Both the position numbers and the translations under genes were made by a program. The notes under the pieces were generated by a model that had not been told where the DNA came from, did not search any database, and saw only the letters and a program-made list of their open reading frames with translations. From an uncultured Alphaproteobacteria bacterium (GTDB lineage Bacteria > Pseudomonadota > Alphaproteobacteria > MPNO01 > UBA830): a stretch of 64,000 nt of DNA. Each line of letters begins with the position of its first letter. Within the stretch, counting starts at the first letter, position 1. The stretch covers positions 4,046 through 68,045 of the forward strand of contig CAJWSW010000002.1 in assembly GCA_913046035.1 (NCBI GenBank). Reading direction: 5' to 3'. Positions 9,732 to 19,361 of the stretch are shown one piece after another.

Positions 9732-10652
9732 ATGCGCGTTAGCCAAAAAGTGAAAAAAATTCTTGCTGGGTACGAAAGCGACAATCCTGGCACCAAAGGC
9801 AACCTGGCTCGTATCCTCATGCAGGGAAAACTCGGCGGCACCGGAAAGCTTGTAATCCTGCCCGTTGACCAGGGGTTTGAGCATGGTCCGGCACGCAGTT
9901 TCGCGCCGAATGCACAAGGTTACGACCCCCATTATCATTTCCAACTTGCAGTCGATGCTGGTCTTTCCGCCTATGCGGCCCCGCTTGGTATGATCGAAGC
10001 CGGCGCCGAGAGTTTCGCGGGCGCGATGCCAACAATCCTTAAATGCAATTCCGCTAATTCTCTAGCTACCGAGAAAGATCAGGCCGTCACTGCGTCTGTA
10101 AATGACGCGCTGAGGCTTGGTTGTTGCGCAATCGGATTCACTATATATCCCGGCTCCGAATATCAATTTGAACTGATTGAAGAAATCCGCGAGCTCGCGG
10201 AAGAAGCCAAGTCCGTAGGCCTTGCCGTCGTTGTTTGGTCCTATCCACGTGGCGGCACGGTTACTAAGGAAGGTGAGACTGCAATGGATGTCTGTGCCTA
10301 TGCAGCGCACATGGCAGCCCTAATCGGCGCACACATTATCAAGGTAAAACCGCCCACGGATGGAATGTTTCTTGATTCGGCAAAGAAAATCTACCAGAAG
10401 GAAAAAATTCCGATAAGTACACTGACCCAGCGGATAGAACATGTCGTCCAGTGTTGTTTTAACGGAAAACGCATCGTTGTATTTTCAGGCGGCGAGGCTA
10501 AGGATCTCGGCGGCATCTACGAAGAAGTTACAGCAATCCGCGACGGTGGCGGCAACGGATCTATCATTGGCCGCAATACCTTCCAACGCCCAAAAGAAGA
10601 AGCGATGGCAATGCTTGATCATATTATCAAGATTTACCAAAACAAAGCCTAA
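9732..10652 (+). CDS. Class I fructose-bisphosphate aldolase (DhnA/FbaB archaeal-type, DeoC/LacD superfamily)
   Basis: 306 aa, ...GKLVILPVDQGFEHGP... and Schiff-base lysine region IIKVKPP. Confidence 0.75.
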   Translation: MRVSQKVKKILAGYESDNPGTKGNLARILMQGKLGGTGKLVILPVDQGFEHGPARSFAPNAQGYDPHYHFQLAVDAGLSAYAAPLGMIEAGAESFAGAMPTILKCNSANSLATEKDQAVTASVNDALRLGCCAIGFTIYPGSEYQFELIEEIRELAEEAKSVGLAVVVWSYPRGGTVTKEGETAMDVCAYAAHMAALIGAHIIKVKPPTDGMFLDSAKKIYQKEKIPISTLTQRIEHVVQCCFNGKRIVVFSGGEAKDLGGIYEEVTAIRDGGGNGSIIGRNTFQRPKEEAMAMLDHIIKIYQNKA

Positions 10653-10723
10653 GAATTGCCATTGCTGAAGAGGAACAAGCCACAGCAGGCCCATGTTAGC
10701 CGGCCCACCAAAATGAGGCTCAC

Positions 10724-11368
10724 ATGCGCGCCGAAACTTGCCAGCTTTATTTAATTACGCCGCCAACATTCGGGACGGGTGGCGCTGTAGCATTTGCGGA
10801 TACCCTGGCCGCAGCTCTCGACGCGGGAGAGGTAGCCTGCGTGCAACTTCGGCTTAAAGGCGTTACAGATTCAGAAATACGACGCGCCACCGAAATAATC
10901 TGCCCGGTGGCTCAAGAGCGCGACGTCGCCTTTATTATTAACGATCGTGCCGACCTCGCCGCTGAAATGGGCTGCGACGGAGTTCATGTTGGCCAAGAAG
11001 ACACACCCTATGACGAAGCTCGGCGGCTGGTAGGCGGTGAAGCCATTGTGGGCGTAACATGCAAAGCTTCTAGAGAACTTGCATTTGAGGCTGGAGATGC
11101 CGGAGCCGACTACGTAGCCTTTGGAGCGTTTTTTGCGTCCACCACTAAGGCAATCACAACGCCTGCTGATATAAAGATTCTGTCATGGTGGCAGGAGGTA
11201 ATGACTGTACCCTGTGTCGCCATCGGCGGTATCACCATTAATAATTGCGACGCAGTAATCGATGCAGGTGCCGATTTTCTTGCCGTCTCGGCAGGGGTCT
11301 GGGATTACGAGGGTGGTCCGGCAAAGGCGGTCAAAGCATTTAATTCAAAGATATTTAATCGCAACTGA
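10724..11368 (+). CDS. thiE: Thiamine-phosphate synthase
   Basis: 214 aa, VQLRLKG...AFIINDRADLAAEMGCDGVHVGQED matches ThiE. Confidence 0.85.
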   Translation: MRAETCQLYLITPPTFGTGGAVAFADTLAAALDAGEVACVQLRLKGVTDSEIRRATEIICPVAQERDVAFIINDRADLAAEMGCDGVHVGQEDTPYDEARRLVGGEAIVGVTCKASRELAFEAGDAGADYVAFGAFFASTTKAITTPADIKILSWWQEVMTVPCVAIGGITINNCDAVIDAGADFLAVSAGVWDYEGGPAKAVKAFNSKIFNRN

Positions 11369-11638
11369 AACGGCACTTGCATCGCGAGCTTCAACTAACC
11401 GGTAATGCACTGCATTTTGGGGGCACTATTCCGGATAAAATCGGTAATGCGTTACCTATTTTCAAAATGCGGCTTTGCAGTGCGGCACGCTGCTGAAAAA
11501 TTCATACAAATTCTCTACCCTTTTGAGTCACCTAATTGCTCGCAACGTAAGGGCGAAGGAAGTGCACACTCGGTTTTATTTTCAGCGAGAACCTGATGCC
11601 GGCAGTGGGAGATCGGCTAGCTGCAGCCTAACCTGGAG

Positions 11639-12697
11639 TCAAGTAACAGATACTGGCGCCCATAAAACATCTTCGATATTTTCCGCACCAGTAGCCAACA
11701 TCACCAGCCGGTCGACCCCAAGAGCAATACCAGCGCAATCAGGGATACCGGAATTCAGTGCTGCCAATAACGCCTCGTCAATTGGGATGGGCTCATCGCC
11801 AGCCGCAACACGATTTTTTATCGTATTTAAGAACCTTCTCCGGTGCTCATCCGCATCTGTTAGCTCGCTGTAACCGTTGGCTAATTCCAACCCGCAAACA
11901 AAGATTTCAAATCGATCAGCTACACGCGGATCGTCCGGCGAGATGCGCGCGAGCGCGGACATCGAGGCAGGATAGGAATGCAGCACTACGGGAACCTCGA
12001 TACCCAAATTGGGTTCGATACGGTCAAGAAATATACGAAAGAAAATATCATCCCAATTATCGGTCGTATCGGTGTACACACCAACCGCTTCAGCAGCGCT
12101 GCGTAGCGCGGCTGTATCTGGGTCGAGCGGATCAGGCGTTGTGGCTAGGAGGTCGATACCTGTAAACCGCTCAACCGCTTCCGCCACCGATAGAAATTCC
12201 CACGGTGCAGATAGATTGCAAATATAGTCCCGATGTCGCGCCACCGGCCCGCAAACAGCACGCACAAACTCAATAGCCTCATCCGCCAGAGAACGCCAGT
12301 CAGCGCCGGTTTGGTACCATTCAAGCATTGTAAATTCGGGGTGATGTTTCGCCGTTCGCTCACCATTACGAAAAACCCGGGCTAACTGAAAAATGCGCTG
12401 CATTCCGGCAGCTAATAGTTTCTTCATTGCGAATTCGGGCGATGTATGGAGATAAACCGACCGGGCTGCGTCCCATGGGTCCAACAAAATAGTTTTAAAC
12501 GGAGAAATATGCAGTTCTATCCCAGGGGAAACCTGCAGGGCTGACGTCTCTACTTCAACATACCCTCGGCGATCAAAAAATTCACGCACCGATTTAACGA
12601 TGTCAGCGCGGCGAACCAAATAATCTGCACGACTTTCGAACCGGTCGGGATGCCACCAGGCATTTTTAGAAATTTCAGGGGTTTCGTTTTTTGGCAT
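11639..12697 (-). CDS. epmA: EF-P (R)-beta-lysine ligase EpmA (truncated LysRS paralog, PoxA/GenX)
   Basis: Class II aaRS catalytic core without anticodon domain (MPKNETPEISKNAWWHPDRF...RGYVEVETSALQVSPG...). Start reassigned to Met at 12697; the ORF track extends to 12931. Confidence 0.85.
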   Translation of the reverse strand: MPKNETPEISKNAWWHPDRFESRADYLVRRADIVKSVREFFDRRGYVEVETSALQVSPGIELHISPFKTILLDPWDAARSVYLHTSPEFAMKKLLAAGMQRIFQLARVFRNGERTAKHHPEFTMLEWYQTGADWRSLADEAIEFVRAVCGPVARHRDYICNLSAPWEFLSVAEAVERFTGIDLLATTPDPLDPDTAALRSAAEAVGVYTDTTDNWDDIFFRIFLDRIEPNLGIEVPVVLHSYPASMSALARISPDDPRVADRFEIFVCGLELANGYSELTDADEHRRRFLNTIKNRVAAGDEPIPIDEALLAALNSGIPDCAGIALGVDRLVMLATGAENIEDVLWAPVSVT

Positions 12698-12707
12698 TAA
12701 AGCGATA

Positions 12708-13787
12708 ATGCATAATATAATGAGGTCAGTCACCTTGCCTAACATAGCAAACCTTCCCACAGTCCTGCGTACAGGGCGACAGCTTGCTGATGCGGGCCTC
12801 ATAGCCGACGACGCTGCTAAAGTGACAGACCTGATCGGCAAAAGATACAGCGTTGCGATCCCGAACCAACTTGCTACTTTGATCAACCCTGCGGATCCGA
12901 AGGATCCAATCGCGCAACAATTCATACCCAACGCAGACGAATTATTTGCGCTGGACGACGAACACGAAGATCCAATTGGTGACGACGTGCGTTCACCATT
13001 GCGGGGGCTGGTTCACCGCTATCCTGACCGCGTGTTGTTAATGCCAACACTCTCCTGTCCTGTATACTGTCGATACTGTTTTCGCCGCGAAAAAGTAGGC
13101 CGTGATGCGGCTTCTCCATCAGCTGCAGATATGGAAAACGCTATCGATTATATAGGTAATCACTCGGAAATTCGCGAGGTCATCCTGACCGGTGGCGACC
13201 CCCTATCACTTTCCGACAACCGACTTGGCGCTCTTTTACGAGAGTTGGATGAGATCCCTCATCTATCAAATCTGAGGATTCATACGCGCGTGCCGGTTGC
13301 CCTACCTAGCCGGATCACAAGTAAACTGATTGATAACTTGCAGGTAAACCTGCCAATCTGGACATTGCTCCATGTCAACCACGCACGCGAGCTTACGAAC
13401 GATGTCGCTAATGCCTGTGCGCAATTGAATCAAGGCGGCATTCCGCTGCTATCACAGTCTGTACTTTTACGGGGCGTCAATGACAATGCGAAAACGCTCT
13501 CCGAATTATTCCGGCGCCTCGTCGAGCTGAAGGTAAAACCCTACTATCTCCATCACCCGGATAGAGCTCGAGGAACATCAAGGTTCCGGCTGACCATTCG
13601 TGAGGGTCTTAATCTTGTATACAGTCTCCGCGGTCGAATTTCCGGCCTTTGTCAACCAACCTATGTTGTGGACATTCCTGGCGGTTTCGGTAAGGTTCCG
13701 ATTAGCGGTATCCGCAAAACACATGATGGTAAAAACTGGCTTCTTACGGATTTTGAGGGTCGCCAACACATCTATCAAGAGGACTGA
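12708..13787 (+). CDS. epmB: EF-P beta-lysylation protein EpmB (lysine 2,3-aminomutase, radical SAM)
   Basis: CPVYCRYCFRRE radical-SAM cluster motif, 359 aa. Divergent from epmA. Exact start uncertain; a downstream Met is possible. Confidence 0.85.
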   Translation: MHNIMRSVTLPNIANLPTVLRTGRQLADAGLIADDAAKVTDLIGKRYSVAIPNQLATLINPADPKDPIAQQFIPNADELFALDDEHEDPIGDDVRSPLRGLVHRYPDRVLLMPTLSCPVYCRYCFRREKVGRDAASPSAADMENAIDYIGNHSEIREVILTGGDPLSLSDNRLGALLRELDEIPHLSNLRIHTRVPVALPSRITSKLIDNLQVNLPIWTLLHVNHARELTNDVANACAQLNQGGIPLLSQSVLLRGVNDNAKTLSELFRRLVELKVKPYYLHHPDRARGTSRFRLTIREGLNLVYSLRGRISGLCQPTYVVDIPGGFGKVPISGIRKTHDGKNWLLTDFEGRQHIYQED

Positions 13788-13983
13788 AATGAATGCCTTA
13801 GGCATTTGTAATGGAACAGGTCTCTCGGATACTCCGCGTAATGTCATCAGAATACCAAACAACTTTTTAAGTAGCTTGGCCTGCCTGCAACGAAAGAGTT
13901 AGCCGGGCCCTCGGATTGCCTATATTTCTCCACTCTGGTAGTCTGGTCATTCATAAAAAGAGACCATTGAGCGATAAATCGGG

Positions 13984-14550
13984 ATGAAAATCCAAGCCAA
14001 TACAATTCGCCCCGGCAACGTTATCGAGCATGCCGAAAAACAGTGGACTGTGCTTAAAACGGAAATGCTGCTTCCCGGTAAGGGCAATGCATTCATTCAA
14101 GTTGAAATGCGCGATATAAAGTCAGGCAATAAAACAAACGAGCGGTTCCGAACATCGGAAACCGTCGAAAAGCTGATGGTCGAGGAAAATGATGCCACCT
14201 ACCTATATGCCGATGGTGACCAAGTTACTTTCATGGACAGCAAGAACTATGAACAGTTTACACTAAACCGGGCAAGCATTGGCGACTCTGCAGCGTTTCT
14301 TCAAGAAGGAATGATGGTCACCGCAGAATTGATCGACGGTGTCATCACTGGTGTGCGTTTACCTCAGCACGTTACAATGGAAGTTGTCGAGGCTGATCCA
14401 GTTGTAAAAGGTCAGACTGCTTCGTCATCTTACAAACCGTCAATCGTCGAAAATAACGTCCGGGTTATGGTTCCGCCCCATATTGAGGCAGGCACGCGTA
14501 TCGTTGTGAACACCGAAGATGCCACCTACGTAGAGCGCGCCAAAGACTAA
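13984..14550 (+). CDS. efp: Elongation factor P
   Basis: 188 aa, MKIQANTIRPGNVIEHAEKQWTVLKTEMLLPGKGNAFIQVEMRD with modifiable Lys in the PGKGNA loop. Confidence 0.95.
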   Translation: MKIQANTIRPGNVIEHAEKQWTVLKTEMLLPGKGNAFIQVEMRDIKSGNKTNERFRTSETVEKLMVEENDATYLYADGDQVTFMDSKNYEQFTLNRASIGDSAAFLQEGMMVTAELIDGVITGVRLPQHVTMEVVEADPVVKGQTASSSYKPSIVENNVRVMVPPHIEAGTRIVVNTEDATYVERAKD

Positions 14551-14608
14551 TTGAAACTTAGGCGCCGCAATAAAACGCTTTATACCAAAACGAAAGACTG
14601 TCGCATCT

Positions 14609-15430
14609 ATGTCACTGCCCACGCCTCTAATAAATGTAATGGATGCTGCCGCCCGAAAGGCGTCGCGGCGACTAGTTCGTGACTTCGGCGAAATAGAACA
14701 ATTACAGGTATCAAGAAAGGGGCCTGGAGACTTCGTCTCTGAGGCCGATCGGCGAACAGAACAAGTCTTATACGATGAATTATCTAAAGCTAGACCAGGT
14801 TTTGGTTTCTTGATGGAGGAGGGCGGCGAAATCAATGGTGAGAGCGGCGACGAACGTTGGATCGTCGATCCTATTGACGGCACGACAAATTTTTTACATG
14901 GCATCCCCCATTTTGCAATCTCGATTGGCGTTGAACGTGACGGCAATTTGATTGCAGGAGTGGTTTACGAACCTATACACGACGAATTATTCTGGGCAGA
15001 AAATGGTGCCGGTTCCTATCTTAACCGGAAGCGCCTTCGCGTTTCTGAGCGCAGCACACTAGCGGACTCTCTTATCGCTACTGGAATCCCATTTGGAAAC
15101 CGCAAAGGCAAAAAATCCTTTATCGCAATGCTGAACGCGGTGATGGAAAAGACGTCAGGCGTGCGCCGGCTCGGATCCGCGTCATTAGATCTAGCTTATG
15201 TTGCAGCCGGACGATACGAGGGGTTCTGGGAGACCGGCCTTTCACCCTGGGATATCGCGGGCGGTATCGTAATTGTGCGTGAGGCGGGCGGTTTAGTAAG
15301 TGAAATTAACGGCCGCAATTCTATGCTTTACGGCACCTCAATTATTGCAACAAATCAGCATATATATGATCCATTTAGGAAACTACTCATGGATGCCGTG
15401 CGCGATGAAAATTTAAAACTTACGGAATGA
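14609..15430 (+). CDS. suhB: Inositol monophosphatase family protein (SuhB)
   Basis: WIVDPIDGTTNFLHGIPHFAISI and DLAYVAAGRYEGFWE motifs. Confidence 0.85.
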   Translation: MSLPTPLINVMDAAARKASRRLVRDFGEIEQLQVSRKGPGDFVSEADRRTEQVLYDELSKARPGFGFLMEEGGEINGESGDERWIVDPIDGTTNFLHGIPHFAISIGVERDGNLIAGVVYEPIHDELFWAENGAGSYLNRKRLRVSERSTLADSLIATGIPFGNRKGKKSFIAMLNAVMEKTSGVRRLGSASLDLAYVAAGRYEGFWETGLSPWDIAGGIVIVREAGGLVSEINGRNSMLYGTSIIATNQHIYDPFRKLLMDAVRDENLKLTE

Positions 15431-15559
15431 TCGCTGTATTTCAACAATTTGCTTTCTTCGCAGATTATCAAATCGGTTGTCCGCAAGCACCCGCTGAGGT
15501 AACGTAGTCCACGCAGGATCATTAGACTGCCGTAGGAAACTCGCGTTTTCAAATTTAGG

Positions 15560-16489
15560 TTGAAAAATATGCTTCCGGAGTCTTCAAAAAACATCTCGCA
15601 GACTTTCACTACAACCTTTGTTTTATTCATCATTTGTTGGGCGGAATCCGTCGCCGGCCAGACGATCATTGGCAATCGCTATTCTGCCTCAGTGTCCGTT
15701 GATCTCAGCGTACTCGAGCATATTGGCTCGAAGCCCAATGTTCCAATGTTGGTGCAGCCGTCTGTGCGTTCACTTTTACAGCCCAACACCCAGCCACGTC
15801 TAATTCCTAACACACAACCACTTCTAATGCCTAACGGGCGGCTTCCAACGGCGCCGTACGTGACCACTAAAAGAAAGGTCTTGCTCTCCCCACCTGTGCC
15901 CATAACGGGCTCGTCGCAGGCAAAAATAGCGAAAAGAAAAATTAAAACAGACAAACCTTCTAAGCCCAAAGTTTCCAACATATCCCCGATTAAGCCTCGC
16001 GTCGCTTCACCCGCGTCACCCAAACCGCCACCACGCCCGCCAAAAATCACAACTGTTCCAAAATCATCCGCCCCACTGCCACTTACTGCAATTAAAGCGC
16101 CAATCAAGTCGCCAACAACTTCAAAGCAGAAAGCCGCTCAAACGGCTCTGTCCAACGCGAATGTTGTGCTGAAACGCGGACAGCAGTTTAGGTTCAATTT
16201 CGCCAACGGCTCTTCCGAAATCAGCGAAGGCGCGCAAACCCGGCTCAAGAGCATCGCCGAATCTCTAGAGCGCGACGAGGAGCTTCGCTTGCAACTGCTT
16301 GCATATGCGGGGGGGGAAGGACAAACCCTCAGCCAGGCGCGGCGAACATCGCTTTCGCGCGGGCTAGCTATTCGGTCGCTTTTACTGGATAGGGGTATTC
16401 GGAGCGATCGGATTGATATGCGCGCGCTGGGAAACAAATCCGATGGTGGGCCGCCCAACCGGGTGGACATGATCATTAAGTCGCGGTGA
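15560..16489 (+). CDS. Secreted OmpA-like peptidoglycan-binding protein with tandem PNTQP repeats and a Pro/Lys-rich linker
   Basis: Signal-peptide-like N-terminus. Repeats PNTQPRLIPNTQPLLMPNG. PKP-rich linker. C-terminal OmpA_C-like domain (...LRLQLLAYAGGEGQTLSQARRTSLSRGLAIRSLLLDRGIRSDRIDMRALG). Confidence 0.65.
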   Translation: MKNMLPESSKNISQTFTTTFVLFIICWAESVAGQTIIGNRYSASVSVDLSVLEHIGSKPNVPMLVQPSVRSLLQPNTQPRLIPNTQPLLMPNGRLPTAPYVTTKRKVLLSPPVPITGSSQAKIAKRKIKTDKPSKPKVSNISPIKPRVASPASPKPPPRPPKITTVPKSSAPLPLTAIKAPIKSPTTSKQKAAQTALSNANVVLKRGQQFRFNFANGSSEISEGAQTRLKSIAESLERDEELRLQLLAYAGGEGQTLSQARRTSLSRGLAIRSLLLDRGIRSDRIDMRALGNKSDGGPPNRVDMIIKSR

Positions 16490-16541
16490 TACGGAATATA
16501 AGCGAAATATTTCACTGAAGCCTGATGGAGTTCACCGAGCG

Positions 16542-17690
16542 ATGATAAACCCGCGGCGCTACATGATGCGTATGATCGCATTTTTGCTTGCGGTTCTAGC
16601 TGTTGCGCTGACGTTGCTACCAAGCATAAAAACCGCGTTTACATCCAACGCGGCGCTGAACGGATTAATACTTGGCGTACTAATATTAGGGGTGGGGTAC
16701 ATCTTCCGGTCCGTCTTTGTTCTGACCCGTGAAGTCGCCTGGCTGAGACATTTTCGAGCTGGGCAACCGTCGGTCTCAAGCATTCCCGAACCACGTCTTC
16801 TAGCGCCTATGGCATCGATGTTAGGAGAACGCAACGAAGGTTTCAGCCTTTCAGCTATATCGATGCGTTCTCTCCTTGACGGTGTCGGCACACGCTTAGA
16901 CGAATCCCGCGACATTTCCCGTTATATGATTGGACTCCTTATATTCCTGGGGCTATTAGGTACATTCTGGGGGTTGCTGCAAACGATCGACGCTGTCGGG
17001 GATGTGATCGCCAACCTATCTGTTGGTTCCAACAAACTAGGTCCCGTGTTCGATAGTTTAAAAACTGGATTACAGGCACCGCTAGCCGGTATGGGAACGG
17101 CATTTTCATCATCTCTCTTCGGCCTTGCCGGGTCACTTATCCTTGGTTTCCTGGAACTTCAGGCCGGGCAGGCACAGAACCGATTTTATAACGATCTTGA
17201 GGACTGGCTTTCCGGACAAACACGGCTTGCATCTGGCGCCTTCTCCGGTGACATTGACCAATCCGTCCCCGCTTACGTGCAAGCGCTTCTAGAACAGACA
17301 GCTGATAGCCTTGAGAGTTTACAGCGCACACTGCAAAACGGCGAAAAAGCCCGCATCACCGCAAATAACAACATAACAGACTTGGTCGAACGCCTCGGCA
17401 TGCTCACCAGTCAGATGACGGCCGAACATGACCTGATGGCGCAACTGGCCGAAAGTCAAACAAAACTAACGCCAGTCCTTACGCGAATCGACGAGACTCT
17501 CACAAAAATTGGTAAAGGGGGACATACCTCTGACGATATACGAACACACGTCCAAAACATTGATTCTCAGTTATCGCGATTGTGCCAAGACTCAGCTAAT
17601 GCGCGAGCAGAATTTGCCCAAGAAGTGCGCGCCGAAATACGAGTACTTTCCCGAACCCTTGCGGCAATAGCTGAAAAGGGTAGCAACTAA
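16542..17690 (+). CDS. MotA/TolQ/ExbB-family proton-channel protein with about 190-aa C-terminal coiled-coil tail
   Basis: 4 predicted TMs (2+2). Channel-like TM3/TM4 (GLLIFLGLLGTFWGLLQTI; LAGMGTAFSSSLFGLAGSLILGF). Long heptad-rich tail. Confidence 0.7.
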   Translation: MINPRRYMMRMIAFLLAVLAVALTLLPSIKTAFTSNAALNGLILGVLILGVGYIFRSVFVLTREVAWLRHFRAGQPSVSSIPEPRLLAPMASMLGERNEGFSLSAISMRSLLDGVGTRLDESRDISRYMIGLLIFLGLLGTFWGLLQTIDAVGDVIANLSVGSNKLGPVFDSLKTGLQAPLAGMGTAFSSSLFGLAGSLILGFLELQAGQAQNRFYNDLEDWLSGQTRLASGAFSGDIDQSVPAYVQALLEQTADSLESLQRTLQNGEKARITANNNITDLVERLGMLTSQMTAEHDLMAQLAESQTKLTPVLTRIDETLTKIGKGGHTSDDIRTHVQNIDSQLSRLCQDSANARAEFAQEVRAEIRVLSRTLAAIAEKGSN

Positions 17691-17732
17691 ATGCCGCTCC
17701 CAACAAAATTCTACCACGACAACAGGTAAAGA

Positions 17733-19052
17733 ATGCCCGGGCCCATACGACGACAGAGACAGACATTTGATATCTGGCCTGGCTTCGTGGACGCTCTGTC
17801 AGCCCTGTTAATCGTCATTATTTTCCTATTAATGGTGTTTACACTTTCTCAATTTTTCTTGGGAGACATTCTCTCCGGACGCAATCAGGCACTTGAACGG
17901 GTCAACCAAAAACTGACGGAACTTTCAAAGGTGCTTTCCCTCGAACAGGAAACAAATTTAAGCTTATCCAAGAAAATCACACAGCTCACCACTGATCTGG
18001 AGGCGTCGACCGCATCCCGCGAAAAGATGTCAGTTCAATTAGCGGAATTGATAACACAACGGGACGCACTGCAGAAAAAACTTACCGACGCAAGGCAGAT
18101 TATCGGCAACGATAAGAAGAAGATTGAAACCCAACTTGCAGAAATTATTCAAATTAATAGGGATATTACGGCTCTGAAGGATGTTCGTGCAGCATTGGAA
18201 AAAAAAGTATCCAAACTTGCAGGAACTATAGCCGAACGAGACAGATCTTTGGGATCGTTGCGCGACAGGTCGAAAGAGTTAGAGACGAGAATGGCCGATG
18301 CAAAGAACCGTACCGCGCTAGCACAGAAAGAAATCGAAAAAAAAGAACTTACTATCCGAGAGCTGAGCGCCCAAGCACAGAGAATTGGCGATGACTTGAC
18401 CAAAGAACAACGGGCGAGCCAAGACCTACGCAGGAAAATCACTGTACTTAACACCCAACTGGTAGCATTGCGTTTGCAACTTACCCGTTTAAATGCCGCA
18501 CTAGAGGCGTCGGAGACAAGGGTTGCTGCTCAAGATGTCCAAATTGTGAGCCTAGGAAAGCGCCTTAACGAAGCGCTGGCGAGCAAAGTCGAAGAACTTG
18601 CGCGTTACCGATCCGAGTTTTTTGGACGACTTCGCGAGGCCCTAGGAAAACGCAGCGGCGTCCGCATCGTTGGCGACCGTTTTGTATTACAGTCAGAAGT
18701 GCTTTTTTCGACAGGGTCAGCTGATCTAAATCCAATCGGTCAAGAACAAATCGACAAGCTTGCTGCCACGCTTCAAGAAATCTCTGATCGAATTCCAGAC
18801 GATCTAAATTGGGTTCTGCGGGTTGACGGGCACACCGATAGTCGGCCGATTAGCACCCCAAAGTTTCCATCAAACTGGGAACTATCCGCGGCACGCGCGA
18901 TATCGGTCGTCAAAGCCCTGATCAATCGAGGTTTGCAGGCGGATCGACTGGTGGCGGCTGGTTTCGGCGAATTTCAGCCACTGGATGCACGGAATGACGA
19001 AGTTGCTTATCTGCGAAATCGCCGTATAGAGTTCAAACTGACCCAGCGTTAG
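17733..19052 (+). CDS. MotB/OmpA-family protein: N-terminal TM with conserved Asp, about 270-aa coiled coil, C-terminal peptidoglycan-binding domain
   Basis: FDIWPGFVDALSALLIVIIFLLMVF plug/TM like MotB/TolR. Continuous coiled coil residues about 45-320. C-terminal OmpA_C motif ...NRRIEFKL. Confidence 0.75.
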   Translation: MPGPIRRQRQTFDIWPGFVDALSALLIVIIFLLMVFTLSQFFLGDILSGRNQALERVNQKLTELSKVLSLEQETNLSLSKKITQLTTDLEASTASREKMSVQLAELITQRDALQKKLTDARQIIGNDKKKIETQLAEIIQINRDITALKDVRAALEKKVSKLAGTIAERDRSLGSLRDRSKELETRMADAKNRTALAQKEIEKKELTIRELSAQAQRIGDDLTKEQRASQDLRRKITVLNTQLVALRLQLTRLNAALEASETRVAAQDVQIVSLGKRLNEALASKVEELARYRSEFFGRLREALGKRSGVRIVGDRFVLQSEVLFSTGSADLNPIGQEQIDKLAATLQEISDRIPDDLNWVLRVDGHTDSRPISTPKFPSNWELSAARAISVVKALINRGLQADRLVAAGFGEFQPLDARNDEVAYLRNRRIEFKLTQR

Positions 19053-19136
19053 TTAGGTACTCAACCGACTCAATATTTCCCTATACTTAACGAAGCCTCT
19101 GCGGCAACTCCCAATGATCAATTCGTATTACCGAAC

Positions 19137-19361
19137 TTAATCAATGCCCAGATCTTTAAACCTGTTGTTGAATTTAGCGACCTGTCCTGCGGTATCGACT
19201 AAACGCTGGGATCCTCCAGTCCATGCTGGATGAGACTTGGAGTCAATATCAAGCTTCAACGTATCGCCAGGTGCGCCCCAGGTCGATCGGGTCGAGTAGG
19301 TTGTACCGTCAGTCATTACCACTTCTATCTCGTGATAATCCGGATGAATCTCTTTTTTCAA
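19137..19361 (-). CDS. rpmE: 50S ribosomal protein L31 (Cys-less, zinc-independent type)
   Basis: [29 protein letters not shown]...FNNRFK, 74 aa. No CxxC motifs. Confidence 0.85.
   Translation of the reverse strand: MKKEIHPDYHEIEVVMTDGTTYSTRSTWGAPGDTLKLDIDSKSHPAWTGGSQRLVDTAGQVAKFNNRFKDLGID

Noticed and set aside
11369-11638. 270-bp convergent gap between thiE and epmA with a 63-codon ORF (11405-11596)
   Set aside because: No SD, no hairpin or recognisable RNA motif found by eye. Probably just two 3' UTRs.
15679-16107. 142-aa minus-strand ORF antisense to the OmpA-like gene
   Set aside because: Gly/Arg-rich mirror of the Pro-rich coding strand. No start context.
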